Counted from the first letter of the stretch, positions 30,994 through 44,094 are shown. The stretch is DNA of 64,000 nucleotides from the human T2T-CHM13v2.0 reference genome, Homo sapiens (GCF_009914755.1 NC_060926.1); one strand, 5' to 3'. Made by a program: numbers and translations. Notes: a model not told the origin generated them from the sequence alone.

Positions 30994-32526
30994 TAGATGG
31001 GCGGGGCCGTGTACATGCGAGTTGCTAGCCAACCTAGAGACAGCCTGTGCCAGAGAAGAGGTCGTCTTGCCCGGACAAGCAGGGTAGCAGGTCACTTCAA
31101 CCCGTTCACACAGCACAACACTCCCACACAGTGCGTTCTCTTGTTCTCCCACTTTACACAATGGTTTTCAGAAACAGCACGAGGCTGTCACGGTGTCGAC
31201 TGCACACCTGTTGCAACAGTTTGCCAGCTGGAGACCTAGACCCAGGGCAGCAAACGGCAGGCTGGGCCAAAGCCAGCTGCGGCCCATCTTCCTAAGTGAG
31301 GTTTCATGGGAGCCCAGCCACACCCATTCATCTGCCTTTTCCCCATGGCTGCTTTTCTTCTGCAACAGCAGATTTGGCCAGCTGCCACCAAGATCCTATG
31401 ACCCACAAAGCTGGACACGTTTACTATCTGGCTCATGGCAGAAGTTTGCCAGCTCCGTGTTCAAGATTGGATTTGGAGTGTCCCCTACAGACCACAAGCA
31501 AACGAGCCGGCAGGTGGGCGCCGTGATACAGTCCCTGACTCGGATGATCCCTTCTTTGTTGCGGGGCAACTCTGCCTTCTTCACTCCTCCCCGCTTCTAC
31601 CCGCAAGACCCTCCTCCCTGGTACTTTCTCCGGGTCCTTCACTGAGTCGTTTTTCTCTGTCCACCCTCCGCCACCTGTCCTCTTCTTGTCTTCTCTCAGG
31701 TGTGCCCACCTTTCCCTGGCTGTTCACAGCCACCTGTCCTCTGTCCACACCCATGTTCAGGTTTACGGCTGAGGCCTCGTTAAAGAGCTCTGGGCTTCTT
31801 TGAGGTCTCAAACGTAAGCAAAGAAATAAAGGGTTCCAGGCCCAGCGAGCAGCCACCTGGCCACCCTCTAGGGCTCCTCAAACACCTGCCCACGACTGAC
31901 CTCAGCATTTCCCCATCCCCAAGGCTCCCATCTTAGCCCCCCAGCTCTCAGTCTGGAAACCCCCGACCCATGACCTCCGAGCTCACTCCTTTTCTGCCCC
32001 TCACCTCAGCCCAAGTCCTACCCCATATGTCTCCTAGACAGCTCTGGAATTCCTATCTTTACCAGATCCTTTCCAGAGGACAGGAAAAAGGGGAAGCGTG
32101 GCTCCTCTTTCATAAGGCTGGTAAGACCTTCCTACTGAATGCAATGTGAGGAAGGAGAAGTAAAGGCAACATATGTTAACATATTTATTCTATAAATTAA
32201 ATTTTCTTTTTTGTAGAGATAGGGCGTTGCTATGTTGCTCACGCTGGTCTCAATCTCCTGGCTTCAAGCAATTTTCCCACCTCAGCCTCCCAAAAGTGTG
32301 CTTGTACTACAGATGTGAACCACTAAGCACAGCCTAAAAGATCTATTCTAAATAAAGTATTCATGAAACAAATCCCAGAATCTATTAGAAAACCTATTGT
32401 ATCTTACCAAGGTAAGGTTCATCCCAAGAAAGCCAGGAATTCTTTAATGTTAGAAAAAAATATATATTCTTGCGGTCCACTGTGTTAACAGAGTGAATGA
32501 GAAAACCACTGTGATCACTTCATTCA

Positions 32527-32886
<360 letters not shown>

Positions 32887-33620
32887 TTAGGACTGGAAGG
32901 CGTGGCAGTCAGCATCTTTGCTGTCATTATACCCGTGGCCTCCAGGAGGGTAGCATGGCAGGCAGTCATACTTTCCCCAGGGAGGGGACTTTCCTGCACA
33001 GGTTCTAGTTTGTATGTGCCACAACTCAAGTGGCCACATCACATTCTGGATGAAATACTGACCAACAGAAGCTGGACCAAGAGTGCTTGGCTCTGCCTTT
33101 CCTGAGGCCCATGACGCAGTTAAATAGGGGATGGGGAGAAGCTCCCTGACTGCCTGTGGTCAAAACCCATCTGTGGGATTCATTTCTCTAAAAACACTGA
33201 AGCCATGTGCATCCTGAAAGCCCCAGGCCAGGCCTGCAGTTCTGTGACATTCTTGCAAGAACAGCCCACACCTCACTCGCCATCACAGCATCTCCGGCCA
33301 GCCACAGTGCCTCTCAGCGGTTCTGAGGTCTCTGATGGACACCATCGCCTTCTTCGTGGGGGTGGGGTAAGCAGGATTGATGCCTGTGCTACTGCCCAGC
33401 CCGCCTGCTGCCTCCCACTGGTGGACTCCCAAAGTGGCAAGATGCCAGTGCCACACTGTGACAGCGCTGCTTTACACACACACACACACTCCAGTGGTGG
33501 ATGCCCAGAAAGCTGCCCCCAGGTCCTGGGGTCTCAGTTTCTGCTGCTACAGGCAGGCCTAGCACTGGACAGAAAACACACCTCCAAGATGGTGATACTT
33601 AACCACCACTATCACCACTA

Positions 33621-33837
33621 CAGGTCAAGTTCCCTTATCCAAAGTACTTGGGACCAGAACTGTTTTGGATTTTAAGGGTTTTTGGGGGGAGGATTTTGAA
33701 ATATTTGCACTATACTCATGAGTAGAACATCCCAAATTTAAAATCCAAAATGCTTCAATGAACATTTCCTTTGAGAATCAACTCAGCACTCAAAAAGTTT
33801 CCGATTTGGGGTTTTTGGATTTGGGATACTCAACCTA
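33621..33837. mobile_element. Tigger4/MER46-like DNA transposon fossil
   Basis: TA-CAGGTCAAGTTCCC...GGGATACTCAACCT inverted termini. Confidence 0.75.
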
Positions 33838-34551
33838 CATTTGTAAAAACTATGGGTAAAAACTATGGATGGGGAGCTTTTCGCCATCACTGATGCCTGA
33901 GCTACCCCCACAAATTCTGATGGAATTCATTCCAGGTACAGCCCAGGCATTAGGAGGTTTTTAAGGCTCCCAAGTGACTCTAATCAGCAGCCCAAGCTGG
34001 GAGCTGCGAACCCCACCCCATCACCCTTCCCGTGCTGCTTACCCTACTTCCCGCCTCCAGCTACCCCTGGGCTCCAGAGCTCCCAGGGAGCCCACCAGCC
34101 ACAAACCTGTGTCACTGGGAAAAACAACTACGCAGCAAGGAAGAAGCCACTGTGTCCTGTTCCCTGAAGGGGAAAGTATTGCCCAGAAGCTTTTCCTAAA
34201 GGATGGAAGTGGCACATTGACCATCTGCGCCAATCCATGGGAAGCACGTGCCAAGTTTCCCCTCCAGAAATTTTCCTTAAAAAGATTGTACTCAACTGCA
34301 TATAAGTGGTCATGAGTATAACCTATAATTATTCAGAACATGAATGATTTAGATCCACCTTAAATGGTAGAACATTGCACAGTTACTTAAAATGGCACAA
34401 ACTTGCAGATTTTTTAGCAACTTGAGGATGTGATTGTTACAGTGTTAAGTGAAAAGAATGAAATTCAACATGTATAAATGTGATCAATCTACCCAGAAAA
34501 TATGTCCGAAGCTCACTAGAAGAAAATGCATCAAATGTAGACGCGAGAGGC

Positions 34552-34861
34552 TTTCTTTTTTTTTTTTTTTTTTTTCTTTGAGACAGAGTATCGCTCTGTC
34601 GCCCAGGCTGGAGTTCAGTGGCAGGATCCCAGCTCACTGCAACTTCCACCTCCAGGGGGTTCAAGTGATTCTGCTGCCTCAGCCTCCTGAGTAGCTGGGA
34701 TTACAGGCGTGCGCCACCATGCCCAGCTAATTTTTGTATTTTTAGTAGAGACGGGGTTTCACCATGTTGGTTAGGCTGCTCTCGAAGTCCTGACCTCATG
34801 ATCCACCCGCCTCGGCCTTCCAATGTGCTGGGATTACAGGCATGAGCCACCACACCTGGCC
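34552..34861 (-). mobile_element. Alu (AluS-like)
   Basis: Poly-T + reverse-complement dimer. Confidence 0.95.
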
Positions 34862-35080
34862 ACGAGCAGCTTCTTTAACATGATCAGTGCTATTTTTTCT
34901 ATTTTGTTGTATGCACTAATATTTTTCCAAATGTATATGAACTGCTTTAATAATAAAAATGTATTTGTTTCTTTTATAATAAAAAATAAGCTTGTCTTAT
35001 GAGAATAATAAACTTGTTTATGTTAAACATTAATTATAAAGACTGTAAAAGTCTAGAAACCACCTGTTGTAAGTTATAGA

Positions 35081-35148
35081 GTGCTTGCTTCTGCAGCACA
35101 TATACTAAAATTGGACCGATACAGAGAAGATTAGCATGGCCCCTGCGC
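35081..35148 (+). pseudogene. 3'-truncated U6 snRNA retrocopy
   Basis: GTGCTTGCTTCTGCAGCACATATACTAAAATTGGACCGATACAGAGAAGATTAGCATGGCCCCTGCGC matches U6 nt 1-68 with 3 substitutions; flanked by AAGTTATAGA / AAGTTACAGA direct repeats. Confidence 0.93.
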
Positions 35149-35631
35149 GGAAGTTACAGAATGAGGAAGACATGGTGTGCACACGACAAATGCAGGTAGG
35201 ACAGTCAGGCAGGTGAATGAACGAGGACCGAGAAGATCGCAAAGATACAAAGCCGCAGTGCTGGGCTTTGGTGACTGTCCCTGCTCACCTTTCCCTTGAA
35301 TGTGAATGCGGTGATTTAAAGGCAGGGAGAGAGGACTGGAAGGAGTCCGGGAGCCCCATCTGTGAGGCCCAGCGGACACTTGACACTGCAGTCTGCCCGA
35401 AGGCGAGCACGAAGAAGAGAAGCTAATGTGTTTTAAAACCACTTGGTCCAAATGAAATTATATAACCCAGGAAGGAACAAATCGCATCGCTGATGAGTTT
35501 TGTTTTGTGGTTTTTTTTTTCAATAAAGGAACGAGAAGAGACACAGGCTCGCTCCTGATGCCGCCCTGTGAGGGAGACAGGCTGGCTTGGGGGAGGGCAC
35601 CTGGGGGTGCCGGCTTCGTCCTCTCGGGGGC

Positions 35632-35638
35632 TATAAAA
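35632..35638 (+). promoter_or_regulatory. PRLH: TATA box of the probable PRLH promoter
   Basis: GGGGC-TATAAAA-GGGG in a GC-rich context; a second TATATAA at 35459-35465. Confidence 0.65.
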
Positions 35639-35661
35639 GGGGAACAGAGGCTCCCGCCTCC

Positions 35662-35714
35662 TCGGCTCCACTGCACCCGTAGCCAGGACAGCTCCTCTAC
35701 CACACTCGAGAACG
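35662..35714 (+). other. PRLH: Predicted non-coding first exon of PRLH (start approximate)
   Basis: Begins about 25-30 nt after the TATA box, has no ATG and ends at ACG|gtgagt; matching acceptor cttctcccccag|G at 38426/38427, 59 nt before the ATG. Confidence 0.6.
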
Positions 35715-37254
35715 GTGAGTTGCACATCCAGGCGCTGGAGCTTGGGCCCTCTGCTTTGCTACTTTGTAAAATCTTCCCTTGCTGTCTGAGTGTGGGTCGG
35801 GTTGAGACCCTGCCTGCTCTCCTGGCAGCTGAGGCTAGGCCTAAGCAGGAGAGGCAGAGACGGCTGGCCCCTGGGTTCTTGCATCCAAAGCCACCCTGCC
35901 CTCCCAGGGCACCAAGGCTCCGGCGCTGTCCATGGTGGAGACTCCAGACAAAGACGTCCCATTCAACTCCGCTGACCAGGAAATCCCACGGGGCAGCCGG
36001 CCAAAGTCTCCACCTCTCAGGGAGGCAGGTCTTTGGGGATCAGGAGCCAAGTGAGCATCGTTAGCATTCTCGGACACCCCTCAGGTGGCGTGGGTCCCGT
36101 GCCAGAGGAAATGCAAACGGCCAGCCTGCTGGGATGCATCTCTTTATCACTCTTCAAGGTGGCACCTCCATTTCCTCTAGACTGGGGAACCCCCCACCCC
36201 ACCTAGCATGGGACGCCCCTCCAGGTCTCTAAAAAGGAAAGGTGTAGGCATTTTAAATTGTTCTGATGGAGAGCACTTTCTGTGGGGCTCAGGGAGGGGC
36301 TGGAAAGTCAAGGTCGGCAGGGGGATCCTTCCCAGAGCAAGATGGAGCTGTCGGGCATCTTCCCATGGCACCCAAAGTGCCACAGGTGGAGGAAGGAGGA
36401 GGGGTGCCTGCAGCAGGTGTTTCCAGGTCTGCCATGATGGATGCTGTTTAGGCATTTCAGCACCTCCACTCCAGTGGGGTGGAAGGGGCTTTCCATGCAC
36501 CTGGTGTCATCCACGGCAGCCCCCTCCTCCCATCACCGATAGGAAGTGGCCCTGCCTTGTGAGAAGAGGTCCCAGATGCTACAGGCTTACCTTGGAGCCT
36601 CAGAAGACTGGATCTAGCGTCATGGCAAGGGTGAGTGGGCTTACTTAGGGCAGAGGATGCAGACTCATTCTACGACACGCAGCTGTCGGCTGACATTCCC
36701 CAGCAGGGCTGGGATGGCAGGCTGGAACCAGGCATTAGGAGGCGCTGAGATGAATGTGGGAAGGGGCCGTGCACCGGATTCCAGCCCCTGAGCCTGGTCC
36801 AGGCTTGGCACTCCCCAGCTCCCCAACCATGTCTGAGGTTGAGCAAGGGGCTGCCTCCACCTGTGCAGCTCCCTGGGCACCTCCCCACAAACCTGCTGTC
36901 CTGGGTGTGCAACATGCACAGCCGTGCAGAGGCCTGCTGCACCTTCTGATCCCTTAACACAGGCGGACAGACGGACCCAAGGCTGTTCCATGACAGCCCC
37001 CCTTTATAACGCGTAGCTCACACACCTCCTGAGGGCTTTCTGATCATGAGCATCAATGTACATGTGACCGATCCCGTTAGAGGCTGACGCGCACAGAAGC
37101 ATCTCACTTAACACCTCATTGCGCAGAGGAGAGAATGGGGTCACAGGCGGGTGGGGGACCATGCAGAGAGCCAGGTTTAACTGCTGTTTCTGTGCTTATT
37201 CCCACCTCAGCACAGATCAGAGGAACACGTGGAGATCTATGTGGCTATGTGCAC

Positions 37255-38345
37255 GCGCACATCTACACACATACATACACATCTACACACTCACACACAT
37301 CTACACACATACATACACTCACACACAACTACACACACATCTACACACATACACACATCTACACTCATACACATCTACACACACTCACACACATCTACAC
37401 ACGTACACACACATCTACACACATACACATCTACACACATACATACACACACATCTACACACATACACTCACACACCTACACTCATACACACATACACTC
37501 ACACACACATCTACACATGTACACTCACACACCTACACACATACACATCTACACACACACACACATCGACACACACACATCTACACACACATCTACACAC
37601 ACATCTACACACATACATACACTCACACACAGCTACACACACATCTACACATACACATCTACACACATACACTCACACAACTACACACACATCCACACAC
37701 ATACATACACTCACACACAACTACACACACACCTACACATACACACACATCTACACACACACATCTACACACATACACACAAACCTACACACATACACAC
37801 ATCTACACACAGACACATCTGCACACATACACACGCATCTACCCAATACACACAGACACATCTACACACATACACACACATCTACACACATACACACATC
37901 TGCACACATACACACATCTACACACATACACTCACACACATCTGCACACATACACACACATCTACACACATACACACAAACCTACACACATACACACATC
38001 TACACACAGACACATCTGCACACATACACACGCATCTACACAATACACACAGACACATCTACACACATACACACACATCTACACACATACACACATCTGC
38101 ACACATACACACATCTACACACATACACTCACACACATCTGCACACATACACACACATCTACACACATACACACACACATCTGCACACATACACACATCT
38201 ACACACATACACACACATATCTGCACACATACACACACACAGGCACCCATGTGCACACACCACACCCTCTTGTACACATATACATACACAGCTGTGCACT
38301 CACATGCACACAGGCTCATGCACATACTTCTCTCTCACACACAGT
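37255..38345 (+). repeat. Complex CA-rich tandem repeat (CATCTACACACATACACA-type units), about 1.1 kb
   Basis: Directly visible; produces His/Thr-rich spurious ORFs in three frames. Confidence 0.97.
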
Positions 38346-38485
38346 GCTCACTCTACCCAAGGTCCCAGCTCCGTGCACACGCACCCTGATGCCTGTGTGA
38401 CGCTGCTCCTGCCCCTTCTCCCCCAGGCCGTGTCCTCCTCATTTGGATCTCCCCTCCAGCGGGGCCTCCTCGGAGGAGCCAAGGG

Positions 38486-38585
38486 ATGAAGGTGCTGAGG
38501 GCCTGGCTCCTGTGCCTGCTGATGCTGGGCCTGGCCCTGCGGGGAGCTGCAAGTCGTACCCATCGGCACTCCATGGAGATCCGCA
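38486..38585 (+). CDS. PRLH: Prolactin-releasing peptide precursor, first coding exon (signal peptide + N-terminus of PrRP31)
   Basis: MKVLRAWLLCLLMLGLALRGAASRTHRHSMEIR; donor CGCA|gtgagt; 100 nt, phase 1. Confidence 0.97.
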
Positions 38586-38923
38586 GTGAGTGCCTGGACC
38601 CCTGTCAGCCTCCCTTACCCCACCCTGCCTCACCCCAGAACCTAGTGCAGCCTGGTCGCTCGAGAACCTGGCAGGAACGGGGTGCGCGGGAGGAAAGGGA
38701 AGTCAGTCTTGGTGCTTTTTTGAACTCCTGCTTCCCAAAGCCAGCCCACGCCCAGAAATGGCCTCGCCAGAACCTCTGGGTGCCTGTTCCTCGGGTGGCT
38801 CCCAGCATGGCCTGGCGACTGGGCTGAGAGGCCCTGCCTGTGCACTCTGCCCCGCTGCCTCTGGGAGCACAGCACACCCTGGGGACACGTGCCCATGGTC
38901 TGCTCCAGCTCTTTCCTTTCCAG

Positions 38924-39087
38924 CCCCTGACATCAATCCTGCCTGGTACGCCAGTCGCGGGATCAGGCCTGTGGGCCGCTTCGGTCGGAGGAGGGCAACC
39001 CTGGGGGACGTCCCCAAGCCTGGCCTGCGACCCCGGCTGACCTGCTTCCCCCTGGAAGGCGGTGCTATGTCGTCCCAGGATGGCTGA
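38924..39087 (+). CDS. PRLH: Prolactin-releasing peptide precursor, second coding exon (PrRP20 RF-amide + GRRR processing site)
   Basis: ctttcctttccag|CC; (T)PDINPAWYASRGIRPVGRF-GRRR...SSQDG-TGA; total 264 nt = 87 aa + stop. Confidence 0.97.
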
Positions 39088-39170
39088 CAGCCAGCTTGTC
39101 AAGAAACTCACTCTGGAGCCTCCCCCACCCCACCCTCTCCTCTCCTTCGGGCTCCTTTCCCTTCAATCCT

Positions 39171-39176
39171 AATAAA
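39171..39176 (+). terminator. PRLH: PRLH polyadenylation signal
   Basis: AATAAA 84 nt after the stop codon, followed by GT-rich sequence (tgtgtggtggtg). Confidence 0.85.
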
Positions 39177-39524
39177 AGCTCTGGTCTTCAGTTACACATT
39201 CACGACTGTGTGGTGGTGACTCTGAAGTTGTTCCCTCCTGGGACATTAGACTAGAAAGAACCTCAGAGCCCAGCAACTTCTTTGGAAGAAAAGGCTTTGT
39301 GACTTGGCAGAGGGCACTTGGCACTGAGTTGGGGCGCTGGGACTACCCTTGGTCACCGGCAGCCCACAGCCACCCCCACACCCAAGCTGCCCTGAGTGGC
39401 TGCCCAGGCTGTCCACTGCAGAAGGCCAGGAGGTGCCACGCATCATACTGTGCAGGACACTGTCCCCATAGGACGGTAGCACAGCCCCCAGCCTGAGCCC
39501 TGGGCAGCCCCTCAACTTCAGTCC

Positions 39525-39890
39525 TTTTTATTTAGACTATTTTTCAGAGCAGCTTTAGGTTCACAGCAAAATTGAGTAGAAGGTACAGAAAGTTCCCATC
39601 CACCCCCTTCCCCCACATCCGCACAGCCTCCCCCATGATCAACACCCCCACCGAGGGTGCTTTTGTCCCAGTCGAGGAACCCACACTGACACATCCCCAT
39701 CCCCAACCAGCGTATGTCAGAGCCCACTCTCCACGCTGTGCGTCCTGTGGGTTTGCACAAATGTACAACAACACGATGTGGCATCACGCAGAGTCGTTTA
39801 ACTGTCCTAGAAGTCCTCTGGGCTCCCCCTACTCATCCCTGCACCCCGCAACCCCTACAACTGCTAGTCCTCTCATTGCAGTCTGTCTTG
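39525..39890 (-). mobile_element. Old L1M 3' fragment
   Basis: tttagactattttt...tttaggttcacagcaaaattgag signature. Confidence 0.7.
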
Positions 39891-40559
39891 CCTCCCTCTT
39901 ACTCAGGGAAGATGCATCATGGATTGTTTCTGACCCATGGCAGGGAGACTTGAACCTAGATTGCTCCCACGCCACGTGCATCCCTTTCAAATCACACGGG
40001 GATGTCTCCACATCCTGCCTCAGGTGTAGCTTAGGTTGGCATTGGGGGCACACTTGCACCACCTGGGAGACTGAGTTCATCCCGTGAATCACTGAGCCTC
40101 AGTTTCCACAACTGCATGCCACAGAACAGCAACGCTTACCTCATTCCTCAGCTCCGTGGGCGTGGCTCCTGCACGCCTGCCGGCACAGGGTGGGTGCTCT
40201 GTGAGTGCAAGCCCCTTCCCCAAGGCCCATCCTCCACCCAGCCATGTAACAGGCTTCACCAGCTCCCTCCAACCCAAAGCTTGGCCTGGACTCTTGCTGG
40301 ACCCTGCCTGCAGATGCTGATCTCAGGAGCCCATCCTGACCACAGCCCTCTTGGCCATCCATGCTCAGAGGGGCCAGTGGCAAGGCCCAGACCACCTACA
40401 CGGGGCTGAGTTGGGGTGACTGCACCTCCCCAGCTACAGGGGAGCCCCTCCAGCCCTGAGCCACCTCGCCAGGGTAGAGTGAGCCTGCAGGAACAGGAAG
40501 GGGGGCAAGGTCTGTTCCGAAGGCAGCAGGGGCTGGGTCAGGCCTTAAAGAGGCCACAG

Positions 40560-41440
40560 CCCTCAAAAAGTTAAACACGGAGTTATCAAACGACCCAACA
40601 ATTCGCCCCAGGTGTAGACCCTGGAGAACTGAGGGCAGGTGCTCAGCACATCACAGCAGCGTTTACAGCAGCACCCTTCCAAGTAGCCAAAGGGTGGACA
40701 TGACCTGAATGCCCATTGCCTTAGTCAGTTCGGGCTGCTCTAATAAGATAGCATAGGCACAGAGGCTCAGCCAGTAAACACTCACTCCTCACAGTTCTGG
40801 GGGCAGGAAGTCCAAGATCAAGGTGCTGGCTGATCCGACACCTTGATCCGACACCATCTTCCTGGTTGACAGACACCGTCTTCTCGTTGTATCCTCACAT
40901 GGCAGAGAGCAGAAACAGGAAGCAAGCTCTCTAGCCTCTTCTTATGAGGGCACTAATTTCATCCATGAGGGTTCCACCTTCATGACCTAATCTCCTCCCA
41001 AAGACCCGATCTCCTAATACCACCATAATGGGGGGAGGATTTCAACATATAAATTTGCAGTGGCGGGGACACAAACATTTCATAACACCCATCAACAGAA
41101 GAATAGAAAAACACAGCGTGGTCTATCCATGCAATGGAATATTACTCAGCCAGGAAAAGGAATGGACCACTGATACATGCCACAACACGGATGAACCTTG
41201 GAAGCATCATGCTAAGTGAAAGAAGCCAGGCACAAGAATTCAAATGTTGTATGATTCTGTTTATATAAAAACGTTGTATGACATTGCATATTCTATGGAA
41301 GCAGATTCATGGCTGTCAGGGGATAGGGAAGAGGGGTGGGGGGATGACTGCTTAATGGATATGGGGGTTCCCTTTTGGAGGTGGTGAAACGTCTTAGAAC
41401 TGGACCACGGCAGTGGCTGAAGAACAGAGTGAATGTACTA
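40560..41440 (+). mobile_element. Old L1M 3' fragment interrupted by a MaLR LTR (about 40718-41085)
   Basis: L1 3' motifs (aatggaatattactcagcc, tgctaagtgaaagaagcca) on both sides of an MLT1A-like segment. Confidence 0.7.
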
Positions 41441-42365
41441 GAAGCATATTTTCAGCATCCTTCTCCCACGAATAAGGCCAGTCTCCTACATAGCCATAAA
41501 ATCATCATACCTGAACAAACCGTTGTAGTAATTTCACAATATCATCTAGTTTTTAGTCTGTACTCAGAAATCCCCACATGCAGCAAGACAGTCTCCTTTT
41601 TCCCCCACCGGGCTCCAATCTGCATTCACAGTCCGTTGTTTCTCTTTGATTTCCGACCAGTTAATTTTTTATGTTGTCCTGGTGTTGAATTTTTCAAGCA
41701 CCCAGATGAGTCGTCTTGGAAAATGCTCCACCTGTGTGATTTGTAAGTTGTTCCCCCAAGGTGATGTCCCTGTTCTTCCGTTCCCTGTACTTCCTGTCAT
41801 CAGAGAGGGGCATCCAGGATCTTGCCTGGATTCAGGTCGCGCACTGTGGACCCAAAAACTGTGTCCTTCCCACTGCATCATATCTGACCATGGGATCCTG
41901 GGCTCCCTCTCTGACAGTGCTATTTGACCCTGTGGTAGAGACAGATCTCTTCATTGTAAGAGGTTTTTTCCCTGTGTGATCAATGTGAAATCTGTGCTGG
42001 GGCCAGGGCCCCATGGCCAAATCCTGTTTCCCAGCCAGCTTGCGGCCTGAGATGTCAGTGTCCCCTGACTACCCATGCCAGGCTCAGCTGCTGCACCACC
42101 AGTCACCCCCACACCATGGTGATTCTCTAATTCCTTCCACAGTCATTAGTTGGATTCTTCCAGAGAAGATATTTCTTTTTTTCTTTTTTTTCAGAACTTT
42201 ATAATTTTTGACACTCGAATTGGCCTAAATTTGGCCAGTGGGAGTCCTAAACAGGGAATAAATTTTAAAAAAATTAAAAAGAATAGTTCTGTGAGTCAGC
42301 CGCTCTGGGAAACGCAGACCCATCAGAAGAATGGGATGGGAACATACTCAAGAGGAAACAAGACA

Positions 42366-42660
42366 GGGCGGGCACGGTGGCTCACACCTGTAATCCCAGT
42401 ACTTTGGGATGCCGAGATGGGCGGATCACTTGAGGTCAGGAGTTCGAGACCAGCCTGGTGAAGCCCCATCTCTACTAAAAATGCAAAAATTAGCCAGGTG
42501 TGGTGGCGGGCGCCTGTAGTCCCAGCTACTTGGGACTGAAGCAAGAGAATCACTTGAACTTAGGAGGCAGAGTCTGCAGTGAGCTGAGATCCCATCACTG
42601 CACTACAGCCTGGGTGACAAGAGCAAAACTCTGTCTCAAAACAAAAAAAAAAAAAAAGAG
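42366..42660 (+). mobile_element. Alu (AluS-like)
   Basis: Dimer with A-tail. Confidence 0.94.
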
Positions 42661-43360
42661 AAAGAGAGAGAGAAGAAAAGGTTAGCATCACAGGCTGGGA
42701 TGGCAGGGGCTCCCAGGGCCACTCATCAACATTGCCATGCCTCCGGCATCCACCACCACCCCCCACAGGCAAACAACAGCTCACGAGAAGACCCAGGTCC
42801 GAACTCAGGCTAAGCAGGGCTGGAGCTGCTTCCCCAGCAGCAGCCTGGACAGTGGGTACATGGACCAGCTTCTCCCAGGATCTGGGGCCAGTGGGGTCCT
42901 GGACCCATTTATCCTGAATCATCTGCGACACAAATGTCTGCAGCCCTGCTGGGGCCTCTCCCTGTGTGCTTGCAGAAATAGGGCCTTCCTGCCTGCTGCC
43001 CCACCCCAGCCCCGTTTCGGGACAGGAAGATAAGGTGGTGGAGCACTGACACAGGTGAGTCTTCCACACGCAGGTGTCAGGGGCGGCGGGGGCTGTTTTC
43101 AGGAAAGCCTGCCTGTTCTTTAGGTCTCTGGGGAAAAAAAACATGCTTTCCTCCCTTTGTTGGATACACATGTGTTGAGTGCCTGGTGTGTGCCAGACAG
43201 TGTAGAGGACCCTGGGAATCCCACAGAAATCAGGACAGACAGAGGCCCTGCCCTCACTGAGGTTCTCAGCCTCACCTATGCTCACCTGGAAGGATTTAGA
43301 AATCCCTGGGCAGTCTGATGGAATCAGAACCTCTGGGTGATATGCAGCTGAGGCGCTCCA

Positions 43361-43668
43361 TTTTTTTTTTTTTTTTTTTTTGAGATGGGGTCTCATTCTG
43401 GTGCCCAGGCTGGAATGCAGTGGCTTGATCATGGCTCACTGCAGCCTCGACCCCCGAGGCTTAAGCAATCCTCCCACCTCAGCCTCCAGGGTAGCCAGGA
43501 CTACAAGTGTGCACCATCATACCCAGCTAATTTTTTGTTTTGCTTTTTGTAGAAACAGGGTCTCCCTTTGTTGCCCAGGCTGGTCACAAACTCCTGGCCT
43601 CAAGTGGTCCTCCCGCTTCGGCCTCCCGAAGTGCCAGGATTACAGGCATGAGCCACCGCACCCTGCCC
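43361..43668 (-). mobile_element. Alu (AluJ-like)
   Basis: Poly-T + reverse-complement dimer. Confidence 0.93.
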
Positions 43669-44076
43669 CAGTGTGGGGCTTTCCGAAGCTCCGCAGGTGA
43701 CTCCAGCACAGGGTTGAGCCCCGCCTGCCTAGTGGTGAGGGAGGAGGGGAAAGGGGCAGTCACAGTCCTGGGAGACCCAGGGTTCCAGGACCACCACAGA
43801 TCTGTCCACTCTTGGGGAGGCCATGAAATGATTCCTGAAGGAGTCAAAGGACACATTTTAATAATAAATGCTGGCATAGTCACAGGAGGTCGTCAAAACA
43901 GAGGGGGAAGCAGGCAGTCAGACCTACAGGCATCCTACAAACTTCCCTTGTATTCCTCCCCTTCTATGTCATCAAGCCGCTCCTCTGCAGCTCCTCTGAG
44001 AGCCTCCTGGTTCGCCCTTCAGCAGAGCAAGCACTCCGGACGCCAGGACCGTGGGGCTTGCCTTCCACAATGCTGG

Positions 44077-44094
44077 AGCGCCATCTGGTGGCCA
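44077..44094 (-). promoter_or_regulatory. CTCF binding motif
   Basis: The - strand reads TGGCCACCAGATGGCGCT, near-identical to the CTCF consensus, inside a CpG-rich patch (about 44030-44350). Confidence 0.75.

Noticed and set aside
35081-35148. Functional U6 snRNA gene
   Set aside because: Lacks the 3' roughly 38 nt and the oligo-T terminator, carries substitutions and is flanked by a TSD; it is a retrocopy.
37119-38489. 456, 421 and 386 aa His/Thr-rich ORFs upstream of PRLH
   Set aside because: Translation of a CA-rich repeat, open in all frames for compositional reasons.
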